From a virus (lineage: Duplodnaviria > Heunggongvirae > Uroviricota > Caudoviricetes), in the IMG/VR virus record IMGVR_UViG_3300020581_000009, positions 22,611-86,610 of that record: a stretch of DNA of 64,000 nucleotides; one strand, written 5' to 3'. Shown here piece after piece: positions 35,445 through 44,162 of this stretch (within the stretch, counting starts at the first letter, position 1; every line of letters begins with the position of its first letter). The notes below the pieces were generated by a model. That model was not told where the DNA came from, made no database searches, and saw nothing but the letters and a program-made list of their open reading frames with translations. The translations under genes and the position numbers were made by a program.

Positions 35445-35522
35445 TGGTGCCGCAGGCGGGTGACGATCACGCGCGGAACCGTTTTTAGGACGGATCCCTC
35501 TGCCAACCTGGGGTACTGCGGC
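35445..35522 (-). tRNA. tRNA with UAA anticodon (Leu codon UUA) but class I architecture, T-loop AUCGUCA
   Basis: perfect acceptor GCCGCAG/CTGCGGC; only about 5-nt variable region. Confidence 0.4.
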
Positions 35523-35526
35523 GTAT

Positions 35527-35604
35527 TGGTGCCCAACCGGGAGATCGAATCCCGACACACCGGATTTTGAATCCAGTCGCTTTGCCTGTTTTGCGTAGTT
35601 GGGC
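35527..35604 (-). tRNA. tRNA with CAA anticodon (Leu) but short variable region
   Basis: perfect acceptor GCCCAAC/GTTGGGC, T-arm CGGGA-GATCGAA-TCCCG; anticodon stem imperfect. Confidence 0.35.
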
Positions 35605-35609
35605 GTGAG

Positions 35610-35687
35610 TGGTAGCCGACCCCGGTCTCGAACCGGGACTGGACGGAGTCTGGATCCGTTCCCTCTTCCAAATTGGGGTAGTCGGCC
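35610..35687 (-). tRNA. tRNA with CAG anticodon (Leu) but short variable region
   Basis: T-arm CCCGG-TCTCGAA-CCGGG, perfect anticodon stem ACGGA/TCCGT, acceptor AGCCGAC/GTCGGCC. Confidence 0.4.
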
Positions 35688-35693
35688 GTTGAA

Positions 35694-35766
35694 TGGTGCC
35701 ACCAGCAGGTTCGAATCTGCATCCCCCTCATTACCAGTGAAGGACTCTACTTTGAGCTATGGCGGC
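35694..35766 (-). tRNA. tRNA-Thr(GGU)-like
   Basis: acceptor GCCACCA/TGGCGGC, D-arm like the Asp tRNA; T-loop appears 6 nt. Confidence 0.35.
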
Positions 35767-35771
35767 AAACT

Positions 35772-35846
35772 TGGTTCCGAGTAGACGAATCGAACGCCTG
35801 CACCCAGTTTACAAAACTGGACCTCTGCCACTGAGGATAACCCGGA
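35772..35846 (-). tRNA. tRNA-Thr(UGU)
   Basis: T-loop AATCGAA, perfect anticodon stem CCAGT/ACTGG loop UUUGUAA, D-arm CCTC/GAGG. Confidence 0.5.
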
Positions 35847-36410
35847 TCAAAGAGTCTTCGCGGGGCGGGGCACGACTGCCGCTGTTTTTCTCGCTGGGCG
35901 AAACGTGGCTTGGGGCGCGTGGCGACCCACCGCGAATTGGAGCCATCAGGTTGATTTGAACAACCATTGCCACCGTACGAAGGGGGTCTCCTACCATTGG
36001 AGGATGACGGCGTTAAAATGAACAAACCGGGCGGACCATTACGATCCGCCCGAATTTCATGATGTCCCCAGCGCGCACAGTTAAGCCGCTTCTCCGACGC
36101 GGAGGAGATAGTGGTCGTCCCGCCTGAGGGGGCCACTATATCTCAATCACCGACTTCCCCTGATTGGTAGCAGGGGCGACTAAATATGCACTCAACAGCA
36201 CAAAAAACGCCATAATGCGCTCTTGAGTGTATATCTGCTTGGGTCTTTGGTGGTGGTTTTGGGCCTCCTCTTCCGCTTTTCGCGGGGGTCAGCCGCCGAA
36301 TCAACTTGGTAGTTTTTGCCTGAATTCGGGCTGCATATGCACGCTATACGACCGCCAGGAGCTATTCGGCCCGGCGGCGATGGTCGTATCTGTGGCACGC
36401 ACTATCGAGT

Positions 36411-36638
36411 TCATGCTGACCTTCTGCCATATCCCAATGGGTTTTGCAAGCCCCATTCACGAATAATTCTTGCTGCGTCGGCGGCCTCCGTTTTTGGATC
36501 CCAACTGAGGTATGTGAGGCCCCATGACTGGCAGTTGTCGCACCTGTTCACTCTGGCGTGTGCCGGTTCTGGATCGGTCGTGTGACCACAATAACGGCAG
36601 TGGTAGACCATCATGTATTTTGTCGTGGGGAGCGTCAC
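36411..36638 (-). CDS. zinc-ribbon small protein
   Basis: CRYCGH...CDNCQ. Confidence 0.35.
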   Translation of the reverse strand: MTLPTTKYMMVYHCRYCGHTTDPEPAHARVNRCDNCQSWGLTYLSWDPKTEAADAARIIREWGLQNPLGYGRRSA

Positions 36639-36847
36639 TGCACCGTAGCCCCGATCGGCGCCCCGTCCTCCTCGCCGTCGTCGGCAATCTCCAGTATGTC
36701 GAGGCCAATGTCTAGAGCATAGTCCATATCAAGGACAGCCTCCGCGAAGACGTTTCCCTTGCCATCGAGAAATTCTACATGGCAGTGACCTTCGTCGCAC
36801 TCTACCACGTTGACGGAATCGGCTAGGCGGATTTTTGGTGCTGCCAT
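36635..36847 (-). CDS. hypothetical acidic small protein
   Basis: ORF, ATGA overlap. Confidence 0.35.
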   Translation of the reverse strand: MAAPKIRLADSVNVVECDEGHCHVEFLDGKGNVFAEAVLDMDYALDIGLDILEIADDGEEDGAPIGATVQ

Positions 36848-37752
36848 TGTTCGCTCCCAAGAACGTCATTGAAATCTTGCCCAGGCGGCGGAGACTGTAC
36901 CTCAACCTGAACCATATCGCAAATCCGATGTGCGAGGGTATATCCGGCGGCGAATCCGGCGAAGTTCAGATCATTGTCCATGAAAATAACCACCTTCTTG
37001 ACGCTCTCCGGAGGTCGCCATTTCATCATTAAGCCGGCCGATCCTGTGGCCCAGCAGGATACCCCGAACATCTTAGTCACTGACAGGGCATTCTCGACCC
37101 CTTCTGTGACACCAAGTGTATCACAAACCGGCCCCAGCCGTACAGCAGACCCCTCCATAATGTTCCCCGGCATGAACATCTTCTGCTTCTCAAGCGCCGC
37201 CTTCTGCCCATCCTCCGTCAGGTACGTCCGGTGTATCATGGACGCCTTCCCGTCAGGCGCGGTGAGCATCGCCAGCATACATGGGTACACTCCGCCTTCC
37301 CGGTGCTTCACGCCCAGCGCCGTCCGTATCGCCTCCGGGAAGGTCGTTATGCCGATCCGGTTTATGAGGTAGCGCCCGACCGGATCCCTCGGGTGGACGG
37401 CCTTGGAGCCCCGCCAGAGCCGGTCCATGGCCTTCTGCTTCATGGCTGGCGTCCAATCCGCCTTGGCCTCGGATGGATTGATTCGCCCGACCACGGCGTC
37501 AACCTGTCGGGCGGCCTCCTTGAACTCCCAGCCATGGAATTTCATCAGGAGGTCGAAACTGGACCCTCCCCCGCATACGCTGCAAATGTAACCGCCGTTT
37601 CCGTCCTTATTGATGAACCGGAACCGGTCCTTGCCCGCCTTGCACATCGGGCACGGGTGGTGCTTCTGGTCGAGCACTATAGACGGGATGCCCAACTCGG
37701 CAAGGATACCCGGCCAGCGCCCTGCGGCTCGCTCGGCAGTGGTTTCAGGCAT
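36823..37752 (-). CDS. DNA primase (zinc-ribbon + TOPRIM)
   Basis: CPMCKAGKDRFRF..GGYICSVCG primase zinc-binding motif; VVIFMDNDLNFAG TOPRIM DxD; start at internal Met MPETT. Confidence 0.7.
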   Translation of the reverse strand: MPETTAERAAGRWPGILAELGIPSIVLDQKHHPCPMCKAGKDRFRFINKDGNGGYICSVCGGGSSFDLLMKFHGWEFKEAARQVDAVVGRINPSEAKADWTPAMKQKAMDRLWRGSKAVHPRDPVGRYLINRIGITTFPEAIRTALGVKHREGGVYPCMLAMLTAPDGKASMIHRTYLTEDGQKAALEKQKMFMPGNIMEGSAVRLGPVCDTLGVTEGVENALSVTKMFGVSCWATGSAGLMMKWRPPESVKKVVIFMDNDLNFAGFAAGYTLAHRICDMVQVEVQSPPPGQDFNDVLGSEQWQHQKSA

Positions 37753-37772
37753 GTTCACCTTTTTAGGGGAGG

Positions 37773-38045
37773 CTACTTTGGACCCGATAAAATGACGCAA
37801 GCCCTAAGAGATGCACCGGGTATTCTATCTGCGTGATCTACCGCCCACGTAACTCTGCGAACAAGCCAAGTGTAGCCACGGATATTGATAAATTCCCCAG
37901 GGCGCGGCACCGCTCCGTCATCGAGGACGGCCATATGCTTCTCATCATCTCCGTGGTAAAATTCAATTGTTGCCATTATTTTGATGCCTGCTGCTCGGCG
38001 TACTTCTTGCTCTTGACGAAGGCGATCTGACGGGAACGCAGCCAT
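37773..38045 (-). CDS. hypothetical protein
   Basis: ORF between primase and helicase. Confidence 0.3.
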   Translation of the reverse strand: MAAFPSDRLRQEQEVRRAAGIKIMATIEFYHGDDEKHMAVLDDGAVPRPGEFINIRGYTWLVRRVTWAVDHADRIPGASLRACVILSGPK

Positions 38046-39484
38046 GACCGAGTCACGATTGATGGAGCGCGTGACGCAACATACTTAACGGAAGGATGGT
38101 TTGGCCACACACCGAATCGCTCCTTATATTTCATGGCCGCGAAGCCCTCTTTATAATTTTTCTCCGCTGCGTATCCCTTCAGTTCAGCATAAAACTGCGC
38201 CTTCTCCTCCATTGTGTATTCTCGTTTCTCGCCGCGCTTCTTCTTCGGCAGGAGGCCGGGCTTGATCTCTTGGAGTTCACCGTCGTCTTCAATGATACCA
38301 GAGATTGCTGGCTTTCTCTCATAGCCACACGATGGACAAATTTTCACACCGGGCGCAAGTAAAGCCGAACACTGTTTGCATTCTTCCGGCAATGGTGCCT
38401 TACGTTCAGCCTTCGGCTTTGGTTTGCCATCGTCAAGAGAATCATACGAAATATCCGTTATAAAGCCCATTCTTGTATGATTGTCGCTGAAATCAAGTAT
38501 CAACGCCGATTCTTTTCCGGGCGCAGTTCTAAGCGATCTACCCAGAATCTGGACGAACAACATTTCACTTCGTGTCGGTCTGCAAAGCAGCAAACAACGG
38601 CAATCCCAGTCCACGCCTTTGGTGAGCGTGGCCACGTTAGATACAACCTGATATTCTCCGTTGTGAAACTTGCGCTTGATCTCTCGCCGCTCGTCTGCCG
38701 GTGTATGGGCGTCCTGATATCCGCACGTTACGCCTGCCTCAATAAATCGCTGCATGATCGCCTGACTGTGCGCCCTATCGACTCCGTACGCCAAAGTTTT
38801 ATTGAGACCCCATTTTTCCTTCCATGTTTTGACGATATCGGCCGTCAGCGTTCCAGACTGCATCGCTTTTGATAGGTCGTCTTTCTGATAGTCCCCAGCC
38901 ACTATTTTTACATCTCTCAAATCAGGGTGACCGGATGCAAACACTCGAAACGGAGAGAGGTAGCCGCGATCAATCAACTCCTGTGTTGTCGAGGAGATCA
39001 AAAGCGTGTTGTATAGAAGGCCCATTCCGCGCGTCCAAGGACTCGCCGACAATCCTATGAACGGGATTTTTTGCCAATCAGGATGCCCTAGCCATTTACG
39101 GTGGGCTGCGTGGATGACGTGGCACTCATCGAAGATAACTGTCTTTGCTTCTGGGAATGCCGTTCGGTTCTTAATCGTCTGTATGGAGCATAGTTGGACG
39201 GGCCTCGACCAGTCCGTGCGCTCATTATTGCCCTGAATAATTCCTACGTCACGCACACCCTCGTCATACAGACTCATCAATGTTTGATCTATTAAGTCAA
39301 TCGAATCCACCACAAACGCAACACGGTTTCCCTTGCTGAGAGCGCTGTCAATGATTGCGGCTGCGATCTTTGTCTTCCCAGATCCGCATGGGCTCTGAAC
39401 CACGATTCGGTAGATTCCCTGGCCAATGGTTTGACGGAGAGCCTGGATCGTGTCTTTCTGGTAATCTCTCAATTCGGTAATCAT
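37976..39484 (-). CDS. SF2 DEAD/DEAH-box DNA helicase
   Basis: Walker A SPCGSGKT, DEAH box FDECH, motif VI ILGRSLR. Confidence 0.8.
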   Translation of the reverse strand: MITELRDYQKDTIQALRQTIGQGIYRIVVQSPCGSGKTKIAAAIIDSALSKGNRVAFVVDSIDLIDQTLMSLYDEGVRDVGIIQGNNERTDWSRPVQLCSIQTIKNRTAFPEAKTVIFDECHVIHAAHRKWLGHPDWQKIPFIGLSASPWTRGMGLLYNTLLISSTTQELIDRGYLSPFRVFASGHPDLRDVKIVAGDYQKDDLSKAMQSGTLTADIVKTWKEKWGLNKTLAYGVDRAHSQAIMQRFIEAGVTCGYQDAHTPADERREIKRKFHNGEYQVVSNVATLTKGVDWDCRCLLLCRPTRSEMLFVQILGRSLRTAPGKESALILDFSDNHTRMGFITDISYDSLDDGKPKPKAERKAPLPEECKQCSALLAPGVKICPSCGYERKPAISGIIEDDGELQEIKPGLLPKKKRGEKREYTMEEKAQFYAELKGYAAEKNYKEGFAAMKYKERFGVWPNHPSVKYVASRAPSIVTRSWLRSRQIAFVKSKKYAEQQASK

Positions 39485-40212
39485 CGAGGTTCCCTCTGGC
39501 CGGGAGGGCTGTTGATGACGTTGTAATAGGCGGTGAAAGCACCCTCCAGGATTTCAATCAAGTCTTCCTGTGAAAGGGGATTATTTGGCCATGGCTGGGA
39601 CTCTTCGGGTTGGCATAACTCCGTCGCTGCATTGATAGATAAGGATATAGAGCGACATACTTGTGCCACATCATCAGGTAACGGCTTACCTTTGCGGTAC
39701 CACGTTCTGCGACTCATCCCCATGATAGCCCATGGCTTGGTCTGGCTTACCGCATTTGCCTCATATTTAGACCGTTTGAGAGCCCCGCTGGCGCGTCTTT
39801 TCTTCCGAGCCCGTGCTTGGTCGGCCCACCTCTTTTCCTCGCGCTGGCGAGCCTTGAGTTCGGTTTGGGATATATCGTAAGGGGCGATGGTCTTGATATT
39901 CGCCATCTGCCGTTCTTCGTAGGTAAGTCTAAGCCTACGGCCGGCTGTGAGAGCCTTCAGCTTTCTTGGATTCTCTATCATATCGAACAGAGGGCCAAGA
40001 CCAAGCGGATATTCCATCATACGGCGATATTCGAGGAGCCTATATAACTCAGCCATGCGCAGATCGGCTATGGTCGGCCGGTATCCGGATCGAGCGTAGC
40101 GGATCGCAACCTCGCGCTTCTTCGCCCGTATCTCTTGCTCTGATGGTCGTTGCATTACACACTCAGGTTCGCAATATTCAACTTCACCTTGGCCTCGTGT
40201 CGGCGCGTCCAT
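39481..40212 (-). CDS. hypothetical protein
   Basis: 243-aa ORF, ATGA overlap with helicase. Confidence 0.45.
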   Translation of the reverse strand: MDAPTRGQGEVEYCEPECVMQRPSEQEIRAKKREVAIRYARSGYRPTIADLRMAELYRLLEYRRMMEYPLGLGPLFDMIENPRKLKALTAGRRLRLTYEERQMANIKTIAPYDISQTELKARQREEKRWADQARARKKRRASGALKRSKYEANAVSQTKPWAIMGMSRRTWYRKGKPLPDDVAQVCRSISLSINAATELCQPEESQPWPNNPLSQEDLIEILEGAFTAYYNVINSPPGQREPR

Positions 40213-40517
40213 TCCTCTTGCGGGATGCTCTGGACGCGGGCGAACTCCTTCTGCGTTTCGGCATCGGCGGAAATACCGATGTTCTCTGCCAGCATTTCAA
40301 GGCACGCCATGGCTTGGCCGATCTCTCGTGGTGTATAGCCACGTTGCCTGGAGTACACACGGGCTGCAATTCGATTGATGGTGAGATAGTCTAACCCCTC
40401 CGCGTGGGCAAGCTCCAGTGCTTCCTCGATGAACCGGGCGGCGCGCTCGTCACGGTTTGCGGCGACGGGGCCGAATGTCCGGATGGCCCATGCTAGGAAT
40501 GCTTTGGGGCGAGTCAT
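40155..40517 (-). CDS. MazG/HisE-like all-alpha NTP pyrophosphohydrolase (tentative)
   Basis: ANRDERAARFIEEALELAHAEG...EIGQAMACLEMLAE. Confidence 0.4.
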   Translation of the reverse strand: MTRPKAFLAWAIRTFGPVAANRDERAARFIEEALELAHAEGLDYLTINRIAARVYSRQRGYTPREIGQAMACLEMLAENIGISADAETQKEFARVQSIPQEEWTRRHEAKVKLNIANLSV

Positions 40518-40897
40518 GCTACGTCTCTATCTTCTTCCATTGCCTGACATGATAGCGGCGGATTTGCCAACTCAAGAAGAATATCCGCGTGGCACGGCTG
40601 GTCCGGCTTGCAAAAACAGGCAAGATTTTTACCATGCAGCGGCGCTATATACGCCTCATAGTCCGCCGGTCGATGCTTCATCATATCGTCCATGTGCCAT
40701 TTGAAAAACATGACCTGAACACGCGGGTCACCAATATCCCACGATACCGGCTTTCCATCGTCGTTGATTCGCCCGTAGCCTAAACCGCATCCGGGATGAT
40801 ACGGATTACCGTACTTCCCTGGCCGCGTTACGCTCACCGTATTTAACGGCATTCGCCAGCCCTTGACACGGCGACGTTGAATGCGGACTGGCATCAA
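40514..40897 (-). CDS. DUF4326-like protein
   Basis: GKYGNPY...LACFCKPDQPCHADILL. Confidence 0.45.
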   Translation of the reverse strand: MMPVRIQRRRVKGWRMPLNTVSVTRPGKYGNPYHPGCGLGYGRINDDGKPVSWDIGDPRVQVMFFKWHMDDMMKHRPADYEAYIAPLHGKNLACFCKPDQPCHADILLELANPPLSCQAMEEDRDVA

Positions 40898-41502
40898 AAG
40901 TCGCCCTCGGCAATTTGTGCCACAGGAATGCCGGCCGCGCGTATGGCTTGAACCACTCTCGCCCTGTCATCGAACCAAAGCACAGGCTCGTACCCATCCG
41001 CACGCAGATCGGCCAGAAGCTCAATCTTCAACTCATGGTCTGGCTTGTGGTCTCCAGCCTTGCGCATGTAGAGCCGACCAAACGGCGCCCCGTGAGAATT
41101 GAGCCACATTTCCGTTTCGCGCCTAACTTCATCGCTGCGGCCAGAGACATAAATGACAGTCTTTCCGGCGCCCATCTTGAGGTTCCACGCCAGATCAAGC
41201 ATATAGCCGATTGGCTTGTCATCGACGCAATCCGCGAAGAACGCGCGCCAATCCTTTTTGTCGCCCTGAATATGATGCAGCCGGTGCGTGATGTCGGCTA
41301 GAGTCCCGTCCAGATCAAATACATATACGAGTTGCATGGTCACACCAACGTTAGTTGCGGGTCGTTCGATATCCTCGACATTACTTGCGGACTGAACATC
41401 CATGATGGCACCTTTGGGAACTCGCGAATCATCAAATCTTTTGGAATGGCCTTCTTTCCAGTCATCTGCTTCGTGAAGTAGCTTACGTCCGCAATCAAAC
41501 AT
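40894..41502 (-). CDS. HAD-superfamily phosphatase (PNK 3'-phosphatase-like); true start probably at MQLVYVFDLDGTL (~41334)
   Basis: motif I VYVFDLDGTLAD; distal GDHKPD and FDDRARV motifs. Confidence 0.55.
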   Translation of the reverse strand: MFDCGRKLLHEADDWKEGHSKRFDDSRVPKGAIMDVQSASNVEDIERPATNVGVTMQLVYVFDLDGTLADITHRLHHIQGDKKDWRAFFADCVDDKPIGYMLDLAWNLKMGAGKTVIYVSGRSDEVRRETEMWLNSHGAPFGRLYMRKAGDHKPDHELKIELLADLRADGYEPVLWFDDRARVVQAIRAAGIPVAQIAEGDF

Positions 41503-42194
41503 TGGTCACGGATTGCGCGGAACCAATCGGCGTTTGTCTCTCTCCGGTCTGGCCCACTCTCTCCACCGCAGATGACCCAAGCCCTACGGCCGCATTCGAG
41601 GAAATCGACCGGCAGAGTGATAGGCCCTAGCATGGGTTCTATGGATACAAAGACAATCCATCCGAGCGTCGTAAGCGGTCGCATGTGCTCCCATCGCTCG
41701 TCAAATTCCCGCTGGCGCTCGGCGGAGAATCCAAGCCATATCTTCTCTCTCTCGACTCTGTAGCATGTGCCGACGTTCTTGACCATCACCTCTGGGCGTT
41801 TGGTCAGTAGCTGCGTGACGTGCTTGGTCTCCTCGCATAGATCGAGCACCTTACGGATATCCCGGCGCGGGCGGTCCTCGTGGAATAAGTCAGACATATC
41901 TGCAACAAAGATAGCGGATGGCATATCCTTGCCCATGACAGGGTTCTTTGCGCCTCTCCATCGAAGCGGCCATTTCCATACATCATGGTCATCGGCGGCG
42001 ACCGTGAGGTAACCGTTAAAGACTGACTTTCCTTTTACGATGTCAGTGGTACCGGCGTAGAGTGGATGAGTGGCTAGGCGCGTTCCAATGATTCGCTGAC
42101 TGTAGCAGTTTTGGCATCCCGCCGACTTTATGGAGCATCCTCCAACGGGGTTAACCGTGGCATCCGTCCAGGAAATCTCCGTTGGATATCCCAT
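41340..42194 (-). CDS. phage Gp37/Gp68 family protein (DUF5131)
   Basis: ISWTDATVNPVGGCSIKSAGCQNCY N-terminal signature. Confidence 0.7.
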   Translation of the reverse strand: MGYPTEISWTDATVNPVGGCSIKSAGCQNCYSQRIIGTRLATHPLYAGTTDIVKGKSVFNGYLTVAADDHDVWKWPLRWRGAKNPVMGKDMPSAIFVADMSDLFHEDRPRRDIRKVLDLCEETKHVTQLLTKRPEVMVKNVGTCYRVEREKIWLGFSAERQREFDERWEHMRPLTTLGWIVFVSIEPMLGPITLPVDFLECGRRAWVICGGESGPDRRETNADWFRAIRDQCLIADVSYFTKQMTGKKAIPKDLMIREFPKVPSWMFSPQVMSRISNDPQLTLV

Positions 42195-42198
42195 ATCG

Positions 42199-42672
42199 TC
42201 ACCATGGCCACTCGAACCCGAGTAGCGCCTTTATCGCACTGAGTTTCCGCTGCGACCACGCCGCTTGGTGGATTCTCTCGACAGATCGAGTATAGTTCCT
42301 CTGCCGCTGTTCGGCAATCTTTACGTTCATGCTCCACGACCGTTTACTGGCTATGTCCGGGTCAAGTTGGAACACCTGTCTTGAGTTGTCTCGAATTTGA
42401 TTCTCGACAACCTCTGGCAGTCCAGTTAATCTGATAAAATCGGATGCCCTAATTAGGCGTTTCTCGTATGGGACAAATGGACCTTCTGATGCTATAGGAG
42501 CGCCAGAACCACCCGGCAGGCTTAGCGACCCACCGTTGCCAAAACCAAGCGCCCCACCTGGGATCATGCCAGTCAGAGACCCAAGCGAGGCATCGGCCGC
42601 TGCCTTCGCCGCAAGAGGTGCGGAGACAGACCCGACTCCAATGAGGGCGAGGACTTTGCGGCGGGTGGTCAT
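42199..42672 (-). CDS. secreted protein with twin-arginine signal
   Basis: MTTRRKVLALIGVGSVSAPLAAKAAA. Confidence 0.5.
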   Translation of the reverse strand: MTTRRKVLALIGVGSVSAPLAAKAAADASLGSLTGMIPGGALGFGNGGSLSLPGGSGAPIASEGPFVPYEKRLIRASDFIRLTGLPEVVENQIRDNSRQVFQLDPDIASKRSWSMNVKIAEQRQRNYTRSVERIHQAAWSQRKLSAIKALLGFEWPW

Positions 42673-43109
42673 GGGATTAGAGCCCCGTTGGCTCGCTTGG
42701 CAATTCCCTTAATAATCGGGCTGTTTTCTCCTGTGCGGCCACGACAATACTCTAGGAATCCTGGTGCATTGAGATTTTCTTTTTGTGTCCCCCACGAAAG
42801 ATTATATTCTACGTTGTTGCGTGAGTTCTCATCGCCGTGCATACAGACAGCATCATCAAACGGCGGCGCACCATGAAAGGCTTCGCAAACTAAGCGCGCA
42901 ACTTTGTACGTAGTGTCTCTCCAGAAAAAAACGTAGCGTTGGTCAATTTTTGACCATGAGCCAATTCGAGGCTTGCCGCCGTATTGGCGGCGTCCACGAC
43001 CTCTTGGCATTTCACCCCAAAATGGAACAACCATTATGCGCCCTAAAGATGACGCAAGAATCCCAGGTAAACTAGGGATAGGTTTCCATATTTCGTTGTA
43101 TTTGTCCAC
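42669..43109 (-). CDS. HNH homing endonuclease (NUMOD4 + HNH)
   Basis: EIWKPIP NUMOD4; LVCEAFHGAPPFDDAVCMHGDENSRNNVEYNLSWGTQKEN. Confidence 0.65.
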   Translation of the reverse strand: MDKYNEIWKPIPSLPGILASSLGRIMVVPFWGEMPRGRGRRQYGGKPRIGSWSKIDQRYVFFWRDTTYKVARLVCEAFHGAPPFDDAVCMHGDENSRNNVEYNLSWGTQKENLNAPGFLEYCRGRTGENSPIIKGIAKRANGALIP

Positions 43110-43117
43110 ATTACAAC

Positions 43118-43576
43118 CTAAAAGGGAATTTCGTCTTCCATATCCATTGCATTCGTCGTCGCCGGCCGCCTCGGCTCAGTCTTCCCCGCCGGCTCCGCGA
43201 AGTCGTTCGGTCCCTCGCTCCGCTGTGCAGGCTTGTCCAGCATAAGGAGTTTCGCGTCGTACCCCTGTAGCACAATCTCGGTCGAGTAGCGATCTGCGCC
43301 GGTCTGATCCTGCCACTTGCGGGTGGTCAGCGAGCCCTCGATGTAGACCTTGGCACCTTTTTTGAGGTACTGTTCGCAGACGCGCGTGAGGCCTTCATTA
43401 AAGCATACAACGCGGTGGAATTCCGATTTCTCCTTGCGCTCGCCCTCCTTGGTCTTCCACGTCTCGGAGGTAGCGACGGTCATGTTTGCGATCTGCTTTC
43501 CGGCCTGCGTTGACCGGATTTCAGGATCCTTGACCAAATTCCCGATAATCGTGACCTTATTAAGTGAACCTGCCAT
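43118..43576 (-). CDS. ssb: single-stranded DNA-binding protein
   Basis: LNKVTIIGNLVKDPEIRST..G..IANMTVATSETW; acidic C-terminal tail ending DEIPF. Confidence 0.8.
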   Translation of the reverse strand: MAGSLNKVTIIGNLVKDPEIRSTQAGKQIANMTVATSETWKTKEGERKEKSEFHRVVCFNEGLTRVCEQYLKKGAKVYIEGSLTTRKWQDQTGADRYSTEIVLQGYDAKLLMLDKPAQRSEGPNDFAEPAGKTEPRRPATTNAMDMEDEIPF

Positions 43577-43589
43577 TATATGCTACTCC

Positions 43590-44162
43590 TTATTTGAATC
43601 GGTCTGTCTGATTTCCCCAGCATGACCAGCCAGGACGCTCTGTTCTCGCAAACAATTCGACAAATGGACCGGCCACTAGACGCTCGATCCTGTCGTACAT
43701 ACAAGATGGTTTCCTGCTATGCTCGCGTCTTGGCTCGACTATTGCCTGTAGGACATCGGCGTTTAGCCTTTTTGGCGCTCCTCGCGTTGCCAATAAACAA
43801 CATTCGCTATTAGCTCGTGACCAATAGCCCATGCCCATGTATGGGTCAATGTCATCTCGAAACATCTCCACCTGAGAGGCATCAGCCTTAACCCACGCAA
43901 AAGCACACGTCTTATAGGCGAATGACCATGAGGAGATAAGGTCGAGAGCTTCTTGAAGCATCGGCCATACAACCCACATGAAAAGCACGCAATCTGGTGC
44001 CGCAAGGTCAACCACCGGCATGGCCTTCATTTCGTCAAGCGTCATGGTATCGTAGTGATTGTCGGCTGACCTTGCCTTACCCTTTCCTGACCATACCTCG
44101 AATCTCCAGGGCGGGTCACAGTACACAACGCCGAAATGATTCCTCGGCAACCCTTCAAACAT
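43590..44162 (-). CDS. MT-A70 family DNA N6-adenine methyltransferase
   Basis: VVYCDPPW catalytic motif. Confidence 0.75.
   Translation of the reverse strand: MFEGLPRNHFGVVYCDPPWRFEVWSGKGKARSADNHYDTMTLDEMKAMPVVDLAAPDCVLFMWVVWPMLQEALDLISSWSFAYKTCAFAWVKADASQVEMFRDDIDPYMGMGYWSRANSECCLLATRGAPKRLNADVLQAIVEPRREHSRKPSCMYDRIERLVAGPFVELFARTERPGWSCWGNQTDRFK

Noticed and set aside
35445-35522. Possibility that the UAA-anticodon tRNA is an ochre suppressor
   Set aside because: Anticodon 5'-UAA-3' reads the Leu codon UUA, not a stop codon. A suppressor would need UUA.
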